A DNA stretch of 64,000 nucleotides from Balanoglossus misakiensis (Eukaryota > Animalia > Hemichordata): the NCBI GenBank assembly GCA_040954595.2, contig CM082582.2, forward strand, positions 8,981,483 to 9,045,482, in the 5' to 3' direction. Below the pieces are notes generated by a model that worked only from the letters and a program-made list of their open reading frames with translations, was not told the origin of the DNA and made no database searches. Both the position numbers and the translations under genes were made by a program. Positions 1 through 12,500 of the stretch are shown piece after piece. Numbering within the stretch: position 1 is the stretch's first letter; every line of letters starts with the position of its first letter.

Positions 1-1477
1 GCAATGGAAGAGTTTTGCGTTCTTGCTTGCACCTTGTGTACGTGACATATTATATTATACTCGTGTCGGTTGTTCTCGTTTCGTAGTGCCGAGTTAGGCT
101 CGCTGTGATATAAATGGGTGTTTTTTTTCGCTACGGCATTAACAGCTGGGCGCGAGGAGTTCTCGATTTGCGTTTCGTGGGATTTCTAACAATGCAACAG
201 ATGATTTGACTGACCGCCAATCAATTCAATTGCCACCTGTCATGATAATCTTTAGATTTAATTACCAGTAATCGGTCTGGGCTAGGAAAATGCAGACAAT
301 CTTCCAAAATTGTTTCCCTTTCGTTAACTCAATGCCACATTCTCACACAAAACGCACGTAAACGCACATATAACTTTTGACCACAGATACGTGATATTTT
401 CCAACGGACACCAATGGCCGTGTCAGTGCTATCGAATCCAAGGATATCACAGCGACATCTCTTCTCAAATCTATTATCGCAGTAATAGAAACATAGTCCC
501 GCGAGAAGAAATTTAATTACTCCCCCCCCCCCCCCAACTGTTTAATAGCAGACATGTATGTCTCCACATCGCGAGCTATACGGGAAACTTGGAGCATCGC
601 GAATCCCAAATGATTCCTCGCAACGAGACTGTTTTTTTATAGTCCCGAAGTCACCTTGAGACGTGCTGATGGTCTGAGCACAAATGCACTAATGGAGCCC
701 TGTAATGTTTCGATAATTTTTTCAGTATCTTAGGCCACCGGCCTTTCGTAGAGTACGTTGAATAAAAGTCCACAGTAGGCCTACAGTGTAATATTTATGA
801 TAAGCATCAGGATACGCGACTTGCTATGAAAATTGACTCCCAATTTAGCAGCTATTGAATAGCGGCGCTGTGGCGGATACCTTGTGCGGACAAAAATAGG
901 ATACCAGCATTAGATAAAAAAATAAAGCTAAACAATGGAAAGCTATGCTTTATTGTCCCGTTGCCAGTTCTGTCCGCCTACTTATCTCTAAGTGGCGGAA
1001 TCAGCATACATTAAAGAGACATAAGCAGTAACTTTTGATTTATTTCCAGTATTCTTTTGTTCTGTGTATCAAATACAATTTCTTGTCCTACTCCCAAAAC
1101 AGCATGATAACATACCCAGTGCTCCGCTTGTCAACATAACCAGTATGTGTGGAACGGTTCGTTTAAGTAACAATCAATCATGTACCCCCGTTTGCGTGGC
1201 TTGGGATGACCGTGTCATTTATTTTCGTATAAATGTCAACGTAATTTGCTCCGTTTGTGGAATTTTCAGATTTAACATTCCCCTTACACTCCGACTTATT
1301 AATAATTGATCTAAATGATCTTAGCAGGCTATCAATCTTCACATTCTCTCATTTCGTATTACTAGTCCTCTGCGTACGAAATGACGTGGTTAAGTAATAT
1401 TGCATCCTCAGAATCGACAATATTCCCGCTGGTGTTGTCCATTATAGATGAACTGCCCGACGGACTCTCCACCAAGA

Positions 1478-1533
1478 TTAATAGACCCTTTTCCGAACTC
1501 CACGAGACCCTGCAAGATCTCGCGAGACTAGGC
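1478..1533 (+). repeat. Dispersed repeat copy A (about 56 bp), just upstream of paralogue 1
   Basis: ttaatagacccttttccgaactccacgagaccctgcaagatctcgcgagactaggc matches the reverse complement of 13985-14040 with only a few substitutions. Confidence 0.85.
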
Positions 1534-1735
1534 AGTCCATATGTTAAGGCATTCTCATGGAACAAAGGACACACAACGCTGTGACACAGGGCAAACAACA
1601 CATGGCCCATCGTGCCCAACGGCTCAAAAGTTACATCATACAATTTCATCTTTTGGGTATTGATGGCGACTGTATCTATCTATTGTCAGGGTAATTGTCC
1701 ACAACTGTGCCACTAAGCTATCAAGGACGCTTACC

Positions 1736-4700
1736 ATGCGTGTGGCCAACGTTCTTCTGTTGGTGACATTCGTAGACTCCGTGGTCTTTTTGCAAAGTAA
1801 GTGGGTTTTTTTCTTAAAACGTCACGTTTTGTGTCTTCAAGTCAGTGGCCCTTGAGACAACATTATACGATCGAAGCAACAGCTTATAGTTATATATCAC
1901 CTGGGAAACATTTGAGACAAACGTTTGTCGGCGCAATGCCCCAATGTACACCATATTATTCACTGCAGATTCCCACGGACTCCAGAAACAGAAGGATCTG
2001 ACAGAGCATGTATTTGCCGCCTATGATCCAACAATACGACCTGTGCGCGACTCGTCCCAAGCTACAGATGTCAGCTTCACCTTTTGGTTAAAGCAGATAA
2101 TCGACTTGGTATGTGATTTACACGTTCGGGATGGGGGGGGGGGGGGGTGGGGGGGGGGCTGAACAACCACACTCCTCCCAGTTTACCTAAATTCCATGCA
2201 TGCACTATCTTTTCTTCGACTTCCACGTTCCTGCAAAGTATAAAACAATGCTAGCTTGACGTATCTCCTAGAACTCATGGCACCTATCTCCATTTTTCCT
2301 TAGGACGAAAAGAGACAAGTTCTTACGTCATCTGCTGGTATCAAGATGGTAAGTAAGAATGTGTGGCGTTTTTTGTAGATTTCAAAAGCGTGTTCGTAAG
2401 TTCCCCTGGCAGTACTTTTTATCTCAATTTCAGGAGATACAATAGCTGGAACTATATTACTAGTATTATGAGCTTGGATCATTGTTGGAGTTTATACGAG
2501 CACAAATTGGCCAAGCGTTCATCATGGTCAGTGCTACATTGAGATTATCATTTATATGCACGGTCATAGCGAAAATGTGCGTTTATGTCGTTCACACGTT
2601 TTCTGTGCCGTATAATCACCCCTTAATGCTTCCTGACACCTCAGAATTTAACTTCTACCTTTCCTAGACGTTTTATGACTTGAAAATACCGCATATGCAA
2701 AATGTATGAGGCGATGTTATTTCTTAGCTGAGGTGATGTATGTAATTTTTAGTCCCCATATTGAGTATGCCTGGATTCAATGAAACAGTAAAATGCCGTT
2801 TACGGCCGACTGCGCGCGTGTATCTGTTGCTTGCACGATTCGGGTATATTATGGCAGATTGCTTTCGTCCAGACGAATTAATTTATTTATTCTATTTTCG
2901 GTGGTTACATTTGTATTAATTCTGGGCGTCGACAGAATGGTAAACGTCATCGATATGCCTAAAAGGCGGGTTGTATATTTGCATGTGTAAATATCATACA
3001 TAAACGCGATTGGAACTATTTTGGGATAATTGCAAACAAATCAAGTGGGTACAATATGGCAATATGGTTTGACTTGTTTGTTTGGGGAGAATTCATAGTT
3101 GTGTAAAATACCCGTGGGTTAGACTGACCTGGTATTCTATTGACAAACAAGCGAATAACAATAATGCAGCGGTTGTGTTTATTTATATTCAGTCATCCCA
3201 ATAGAGGATTTAATATCACATGAAAGCCGGAGGTTTTTTTTGTATGATCAGCCGAGTTCGAATACCCTGGTCGAATTCTTAGTTTAGCAAATACTCTATT
3301 GATGGCTTGTGCGTTCGAGACCCGACAATGGTGGCTGGCTCTACCTGATCGCGGCCTCCATGTTGTGACCCTTTGCGCAAGCGCTCAGTGTTAGTAAAAC
3401 ATGATTAGAGGGCGCTTAAATGTCTGTCTGTCTCTAGGGGCGGACTGCCTGGGTTTAGCCAATTTACATGTATATCAGGAAACATTTATGAAGTTAAATG
3501 TCAATGAGCTATTTCGAACCACCTGACGTCCCTTCTGCCCCATTTGTCCAATTATCAACAGTACTGGACCGATGAACATTTTCACTGGACCCCAGAAGAT
3601 TATGACAACATCACCACACTGTGGAATTCGTCAAGTAAAGTCTGGACTCCCGCCCTGGAACTATGGAACAAGTAAGTCCCACAACTCATCCTTGAAGATG
3701 CTGATTTCACGTTGAAAGGTTCATAGCAAATGGAAGCATAAATCTTTAGATACGGAGCTGCCAGATAGCACCGGAGTGGGACAATTTAAGTAACACATAT
3801 AGTACTCCGAGTTTCTTATGCTATAGTATTCATAGGTGCTTGTGGGGGTGGCTAGCGGCCTCTGTATAGTATCATATACAGAGGCCGTTCGCAATCCGCC
3901 AGCATCTGTGGGTTTAACATGTTCAGCATGACGTCTGCTACTCAGATGTCTGACAATACAGGTATTATAAAAAACGCAGTACAGTACAGATCTTGCGTTT
4001 TGTATAATGGGCGGCGATAGACTTAGGAAAGTTTCTTCAGTGACAACTTGTTGTGCTTTTTTTAGTGCGGAAACCGAGACGTTCATGGTGGACACGACTG
4101 TGAGCATCCATAGCGACAGCCGAGTTGTGTGGGACGCCCTCGTCAACGTCAGGAGTTTCTGCGAAATCGACTTCTTCTATTTCCCGCTGGACGACCAACA
4201 CTGCACGATGAAGTTCGGGCCGTGGATCATGAGCAGCGCCTTCGTCAACATGGTGGTCATGGACGGCGAGGAAGAGTTAATGAACGACGAGATGTACGCC
4301 GGAGAGTTCAAAGTTCACCAAGTCTCGCTGGATCGACACGTGAACGTTTGGCCGAGTGGGAATTACTCATCGGTGGTCGTCAGCATCCACCTCCGTCGCC
4401 AGCCTCTGTTTTATTTTCTGAACTTAATTATTCCGTGTGTCATCATCTTTTCCATCACCTTGTTTGGATTTTCTCTGCCTCCCGACTCCGGTGAGAAGGT
4501 AAACACATTATTTGTCATTCCATCTTTACATCTTGACATAAAACAAAGCCTCAAAATGCTGGAGCCAAGTAGTTTTCATTTTAAACAGATGGAAACTACA
4601 TCAAATGATTTTATACAACGAGCGCATCCCCATAAATATAACTATAGCAGTATCGTGCGGTATATTCATGTTCGGTGCACACGTCACGAATGGTGTTTTC

Positions 4701-5853
4701 GCAGACAGACACTTACGTAACGTTTTGGATTCTCTTCACTGATGCGCCACCTGTGCGTTCCCGTTCTTGTATTCACTGATCGTCCCGTGATGTGAAGTGA
4801 ACGTACGTCTCATCATCCTTTCAGCGAGTTTGACATTGTGTTCCTTACAGGTTAGTCTCAGCGTCACCATTCTCCTGTCCATGGCACTGTTCCAGGGTTT
4901 GTCCAGTGAGCTTATGCCACCTACGTCATCGAACGTGCCGCTAATAGGTAAATTGCTCGTTAACGATAGCACGTGGTATCCAGTATTCTGTTGGTGATTA
5001 AGATGGGATATACTCTGAATTGAAAATATGACCGGGTTTTCCTGTTATATTGTATACCAATGAATTGTAAAAACAAAAATGTCCTCATCACACGTATTTC
5101 GATTCCCTTGCAGCCCAGTACAATATGATATCCATGATGTTGGTCGCAGCGTCGACTATTACGACAATCTATGTCCTGCGATTCTGGTATCGCGGTCCTG
5201 CGCACAAGGAGGTGTCCCCCTGGATGAGAAAGTATATTCTCGGGTACTTGTTCAGGCTGCTGTGTATGTCCGGCAGCTTTGAACACGTCACTCCAGGTAA
5301 GGAAGGAAATCGTTTATCGTTGAAATATGCAAAAACAAAGTGGCAGCTCGTGGAGCTTTATCTGTCAAAGCCCACGAATGCGAGAAAACGCTAAGAATTA
5401 ATGCAACTATGACGTATTTTAACTTTGTGAAACTATCAATATTTCAAATTTCGTGCAGGATCCGTTCCACCCAAGAGGGAAGAGTCGGCATACAGGGTCT
5501 TAAAAAAGAAGTCGAGAAACGGCAATCTCCACGAAAATAGAAACTACGAAACGATGAAACTGGTGGAGACCCGCAGGGGAGTCGAGGAACACAACGCCGA
5601 TGGGGGCGTCTGGATCAAGCAGCAGACGACAATGGATCCCGGCACACAAGCTGTCCTGGCAGAGCTGCAGGACATCGCCACCTGCATGAGATACATGGCG
5701 TCACAGAGGATGCGCGAGGAGCAAGAGGATGACGTCGGCAAAGAGTGGAAGCAAGTGGCGCTCGTTTTCAACCGACTCTTTCTTTGGATCTTCCTGATTC
5801 TGTCTGCCACTACAGGTTGCTATTTTGTTGCCGTGTTCTCCGGGCAGACATGA
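1736..5853 (+). CDS. Nicotinic acetylcholine receptor-like Cys-loop ligand-gated cation channel subunit, paralogue 1 (non-alpha type, about 487 aa, 8 exons)
   Basis: Exons 1736-1796, 1969-2108, 2304-2348, 3562-3671, 4066-4498, 4851-4947, 5114-5296, 5459-5853; all introns GT-AG, phases consistent, total 1464 nt. Signal peptide MRVANVLLLVTFVDSVVFLQ; YDPTIRPV; DEKRQVL; Cys-loop CEIDFFYFPLDDQHC; M1 YFLNLIIPC; PPDSGEK-M2 VSLSVTILLSMALFQ; M4 EWKQVALVFNRLFLWIF. Exon 2/3/4 sizes of 140/45/110 nt match vertebrate CHRNA7. Confidence 0.93.
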
Positions 5854-6066
5854 AAACTCAATTTCGTAGATTTGACAAGAGCTAAAAAAAATGGTTGTTG
5901 TTTCGCTTGCTTTGTAAATATTGTGTAGACTTAGTTGTAAGAGTCAGCATCTCTGGAGAATCTCGCTTGTTTTAGTTTGTGCTTTTTACTCCGCCTGACA
6001 AGAATGGATGTTGTAACTTTAGATATTTTGTTGATGTTTTGTGACATTTAGTCGCGTTTTTTATCA

Positions 6067-6072
6067 AATAAA
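6067..6072 (+). promoter_or_regulatory. Candidate polyadenylation signal of paralogue 1
   Basis: AATAAA about 210 nt after the stop codon, in a U-rich 3'UTR. Confidence 0.45.
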
Positions 6073-9000
6073 ATTTTTGATGTACCAAGATCGGCAGTAT
6101 TTAAAGAATTCCAGCCCAAAATGGACATATATTTGCAAATTCTTTATACATATACTATTCTAATATTTTATGTACATTAACTGTACTATTATTGGATGTG
6201 AAAATTAATTGCTTATTTACATATTGGATGTTTTTTGCACATATGCTATATAAGGACCGAGTCAAACATTTGCTGGTATTTTGATATACTACCCACTATA
6301 TGAAGTTCACCTAGTACTGTCATCTTCATATAGCCTGTCCTATCCTGTATCTTTTTCACCTATTCGTCGATTTGGAACTTTTTACATATTATCATATCAT
6401 AGAGGGCGGTGTAGGAGCTTCTGGCAAAAAGGAGAGAGCCCGCTGTCTGACACAGCCACCGTTAGGGGCTCTTGCCTTTACATACACGTGCTTCCGTTAT
6501 GCATATTCATTTTGAATAAATATTGACTGCTTCTAGGGGATTTTCATGTGAGCACCATTAATGTCATAATTCCTTTCTATGAAACATCATAGACAGAGCT
6601 TTAAGGTGACATTCACACTGATTGAAAACAACTTCACGCCATGATTTGATTTTATGACGCTGCCTACTACACCAGATGTCCTGATCCACCGAATTCGAAC
6701 CATAAGTTACAATTTATTTGTGTAGGCAACATGAAAACCACATTACGAATGTCCCATTCGATTAGCTTTGCTCGTTAATTCTTCGCGTTGGAAATCAATG
6801 TTGGCTGAGCTTCCGCCCTCTATAGTCTCATTAAAGACGGTTCACTACCCGTTCATTGACTTGTTCAGTGGAGTGTTAACGTCCTTATTCATGTCAAGTA
6901 TTGTGTTCACTTATAAGGGTAAGTCACTGAAATACATTTCAGTTCCTTTCGCATGTATACATGTACTCCTATCTTCACCAAGACATCGGACTCAAGAGCA
7001 CAAACGCCTTCAAATTTTACCTGTAGTTTTGTGGGCAGACTCTTTGTAAATTGCGTTCGTGTTTCAGGGTGACACCAGAGGGCGCGCGCGGGAACATCCG
7101 GGTCACAGTACAGAGTTGACCTCCAGGTGTTCCTGTTTGATGGTTTTGATGTGATTAGCCTACTGCACGGCACTGAAATCTGTCAAACGCTAAATATAGA
7201 TTCGACCCACAAAACACGTGTTTTATCTATAAATTGGTGATCACAATGTTATCTTTTTTTCTATTATTAAAATTTGTGAAACATCTGTTGATGAACTATT
7301 GCATTGAAATTAAATTGCGTGCATAGTACGCAGACCTTTTTCGACCTGTGTCGTCTGTGCGAACCACGCAGGGTAGAACTTGTCTTGTTTTGTACTGAAA
7401 TCAATCTAACAGGGTTCGGGAGTCCCGTGTCTGCTGCCTTGTGGTGACGACATGTAAACGTCGACGACACGATCAACCGATTGGACAGATGCAGATATAG
7501 GTACTCGATCCTGTAAGCTTTCTATAGAGCCGTGGTCAATTCTCTGATTGATTCTAACCGTCCCGTGGTTTGAATCTAAAACTATTAACCTTAGCCTTGT
7601 CAATTAAAGAATTGATATTAAATCCCCGTCCGCGGCAGTTGGAATTGAATTCACGTAGATGGAAGACTCTCGCGCCACGTTTGATCAAGTCTCACGGGAA
7701 TAGTAAGAGGGCAAATGTTAATGCACTTTCGCCATGTCTTACATGTACTTCAACATCCAAACAAATGTACAGTCCACACAAAAATCTGACATTGCGACCT
7801 TTGATGTTTAGGGTTACGGTATCCGGGACGGTATGCATACCAAATTCACTTCGTTACAGCCAATTCATCTATTTCAAGTCGGCTATTTTCGTTTAACAAA
7901 ACTCTCCTGTCGTTCATAAGAAACTCGTAAATGTTAGTTGTTTAGTTCACTTTGTAAATGGCTCATATTACTCATGCGTGTTTCTGAAGGTTAGTGCCTG
8001 GGGCGGGAATATTGTTAGATTCAGCTAAAAGCGCTCCCCTCGTCGCTAAGACTATCGTCTGCTTGAAAACACGCCATTCAAGGCAAACCTACCGCACCAC
8101 ATGAAACACATCATGCATTGGATTTCAAACAATGTGATATTTCGGGTCTTCACACGCGATCGCAGACAAGAAATGGCTTCCATATTCACAAAGCTTGCCG
8201 CAAATGTACGCACCATTGGGCGCAATAAAACCCAATTTTCCACCGAATTTACAGCAGACGGCATAAAGCTTACAGCTTTCCTTTTGCGCGCGATGTGAGA
8301 GTTACAAATTGCAGTTGGTCATGCGATCATTGGTCAGGCTGTCAACGTCTGGTATTTTCTTGGTGCGTTTTCAATTAGCATGGCAAATTTGACAACATAT
8401 GCAAAGCGCGACGATGTTATCTGAGTTTCCGGCACTGGCCTTATGCATCACAGTTTTCTCCTCAGCTTCAAACGGAGAAAAATCAATATAATAATATATA
8501 TAGAAACTCGTCCAGCCGGAGTCACTCTCTTTTCGTCAGCGTTATTATCACATACCCCGCGCAAAATTTCAATATGGTAATTTTTCGGGTGACAGAAGTC
8601 TCGGGGACGATTTGTAAATAAGTGCATCTATTTTTCCCTCGCTCGACTCCGCGTCGGTCTTTAGGCATTCATAACCAACCGCTGCAGTTTGATTTATTGG
8701 GTTTCCATGGTAACCGTAATGAAACCAATCCGCGCCTTTAAGAAAAACACACTCGGTGATTTTGCATGAGAATAGCAAACGTCATCTCCTCGTTACTCTT
8801 CCGACATTGCCAACAGTATAAGCCGTCCACACTCGATGTTCCTATTCAAATACATCATGTCCCCTCTTAGTAGTGCGGATCTCTAATTAACTTGAAAGCG
8901 ATGATATGGTGTAAATAAACCGAGTGGCGTGAACAACTGCATCAAATGTGATAAATCATCTCACTTTTATTTAAATTATGACACTTGCGTATGTATGTAA

Positions 9001-9552
9001 CGTCACTCAGTCACTTGGCCTTGGAGGGAAGTATCATGTTTTATTCGGTTTGGTCGTTATTACCACGAAATCATACCTCCAACTGATTCTCTGAATCAGC
9101 TAACAATCTCATACAAACGTATTAATTGGCCAGGCACGCGCGTTAGCATTTCTGTGTGAATGAACGAAAGCGCACCGTCGAATAACTCTTTCCTGTATAC
9201 TATATTTCCAAACGCACTGTTCGGTGAAAACCAAGAGCCAAGGAGAAGTATAAGACTTCCGGAACGCGATACCTCAAATGAAAGATTTATGCTAATGTTA
9301 TCAGAGAGTCTTGATGGAAGCACGGAAGCATGTGCAGTCAATTGTTCAGCCGTTGAATGAGAATTTATGCCAGCGTCTACGTGACATCAATACACGTTTC
9401 GAGCGATTCGCCATTCGCTTCGCCTCGCCTCCAATAGTTTGCCCGAAACAGAACAATTACACCGCATGTCCCGATCTGACGTGCGCCGCGATCCCCCAGT
9501 GGCCGTAAAACACTTGCCCGGCAGAGCGCACACGCCAGTTCAAAACAGCAGA

Positions 9553-12500
9553 ATGTCGCGGATCAACCTATTGCTGTCTATGTGCCTGTTCCTCCTGGCC
9601 GGAACGAGTACACCGGTTCTAATCGAAGGTAAGTGTTTCCTAATTAGTCTCCAACGGGAACCGATAGCCGTGGCGCGCCATAGAGTCGATAATGTTATTA
9701 CCAAAAAAAGGAGAACCGACTATGTATACAAGAACGGGTTCTCTTCTTGCTGTTGGTATAGAGGTTTTCAGATGGTGCAAGTGTGTTTACCTTCAGGAAT
9801 GGCTCGTGGTACACGAGTAGACGAAACCTCCTCCGCATTTTATCAAAAGAACAAAAGAGTAACCGTCTTCATTTACTGAAGTATAATGAAACCGTACTTC
9901 TGTTTCGGGTTATAAACAATTAGTCTTCAGATTGGTTAAAGTTGACAAAACTTCTCTTTACCAGTGAAATGTGAAATTGCTCATAGCGACCACAGTGAAA
10001 TATCGTCAATGTAGTCTGTCATGATTGATTGAAGTGGACGTAGAAGTAATATTACAGCATTAAGTTTTTGAGGGTAATTAAAGGAGTAAAATAGAAATTG
10101 AATGTGGCAGTCCTGTTTTGCGTCTTCTAAAGCAAAGGTTAGATATGCTGGCGCCGGAAAGCTAAGTGTTCCACGAAACCGAACGAGTCCGGCTGTTAAA
10201 GATTATGCGAGGGGTTTACATTCAGCATCCTCTGTGTTTTACTATTCGTGTCATCGGTCTGCGTCGTCTCATCGGCATTCAAGCTCGCTGCAGAAAAGAT
10301 ATCGACGTCTTGATTTGCAGAAAACTCTGAACAGACGTCGTATGCGACCTGTTTGCATTCGCTGCAGACGGGGGAAATGCACACAAGTGTACATAACGCG
10401 CAGGAACCAGCACGGTTGAGCTGATAAATAATTCACATTCTGTAATGCTGTTTTCCGATGTGGATCAATGTTTTAGAGGCCTTAAGTTGAATCTTCTCTA
10501 GACTGCTTCGAATTCGTCGCGCTGCAACAAGATATTCATATTGTTCTCTTATTTTGTAAAAGGGTGCATGAACTGAGCGACGAGGACAAAATATCACATC
10601 TCAAATTTGTCGACATGTTTTGTGTATGGGCAACGACCAAATTATACATATATATTAGAACATTTTCAGTGAGAGAGTACACGACAGATTGCTTCTATAT
10701 TTATAGTCAGTGGACTGGTTGGCGTATACATGTGGCTTCGTCGATTAACCGGGCCATAAAACTTGTCAACCTGTTATTGTTGTCCGGGCATGGCGTTCCA
10801 TGCGTCAGAAAATGCAAGAACGTGGCTTGATTGATTGATGGTAACCACGGCTTGATATCTTTGCCATGGGAAAGCAGTCGACAGCCCGCGCGTTTCTGGG
10901 AGATTTCCCGCCATATTCTCAGTTTGTGTCGGTTTTAAGTGAGAGCAACTGAATCACAAGAACACTATATTTGTGGGGCTTTGAGCGACAACCTCAGCAT
11001 GCATGCAACAACGCTGTAAATATGGCGGCCACTGCAGCTAACGTGAGGAAACCTCGTCAAAGTGCGACCGTCGTAGCTAAGATGATGTATGGCGTGTGAT
11101 ATATATCTCCCTGGCGCTAATCCTGTCCAGCTGCATGTTCACACGTGAGACAGAATAACATCGAATGGTGTGATTAGCGAGTACAAAAGCCAAAAGTCCA
11201 GTTGTTTCAGGAGGCGACATCGATGTGACAACAGCAGGACATCCATCAGTACATTGACAGGCATTTATTAAATATCTATTAATACGGCTTGTCTGAAATA
11301 TTGTCACTTGCGTACATGCATGGTGGCCACCGCAAAGCCAGTCGCGATATGTGTTTACATATTCCCTTTACAGATATTAGAAATCATAATTACACCCCAA
11401 GTCAATATTATGTTACTACTATGTATTTTTCTCTCTCTACGTTATACACACTTCAAGTAACGACCAATACCATCTACCTTCTACCATCGAGGTTACACTA
11501 TATATTTTAGGTTTGCTTTTGAATCCGATCACATGGCGTTTTCGAGAAATTTGACCCTAAGTAATGTATATACTAACAAAGAGCGATTACCTCTATTTAG
11601 ACTATTAAAACCCTTTGAAAAGTCTTTAAAAATGGACAATATAATTTGAAACCTCTGACACCTGGGTATCTGTGAATTATAGCATGTGATGTAAATACAC
11701 TGTCAACACTACTATGATTCACCTTTTGATTGGCAAGCACCGTTTTAGAATCAAGGCAACTGTAATCAGACTGTATATCTAGCAGCTTAATGCATTGGAA
11801 ATACAAATTTCAAACCGACCCTGTCGTGCTCCAATAAATTCGTGTACCAGCTGTGGCATGAAGTGATGTTAGAGTGTCCTATTTTAGGATAGACAAGGTC
11901 CTAAACAAAAGTGTCGCAATTATTATGGACACGCATGTTAGTTCTTGCAATGGGCTACTAGTAAGCTCCGCTACTGGTTGTTGATGATGATGATGATTTT
12001 TTATTATAAACACTGGTGCATTTTCAGTTCAAGTCAGTTTGTTTCTACAAAGAGGCAGATTGCTTCGTCGGAACGCGATACTTTGCTCCCGGGGTTTAAG
12101 GTATAGAGTGGTCGCGACCACGAGACATTTCGACAAAGGCAAGACGAATCAGACATCAATTGGCCACCGTAATTAAGTGGTCGCCTACAACGCCAGCGGA
12201 GTCAAACCAATCAGGCTGAACGTACTGCCTTGATAACATCTATTCACGTAGGATTGGTGACATTGTCTTTTAATAACCGACATGACGTCACAGCGGTCCA
12301 AAGAAAAATAGAAATTTCCGAGTAGAAATAGAGGTTCAGCTGGCGCGAGCCTCCACATCCATTAGTTTTTAACACCAGAGACCTATATTCGTCGGGAGCG
12401 TTTTCATCTGCCTGCGGGGCTCTTACCCGGCTCACCTTATTAAACGGAGCAGGAAACCTGAAAACAGTAGCATTTGATGACGATGAAACTTAATCTCGCA

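Noticed and set aside
3225-3435. tRNA gene or tRNA-derived SINE (GTTCGAATAC B-box-like motif, tail ending in tgtc repeats)
   Set aside because: No cloverleaf or clear A-box and no second copy in the window; at most a degenerate SINE.
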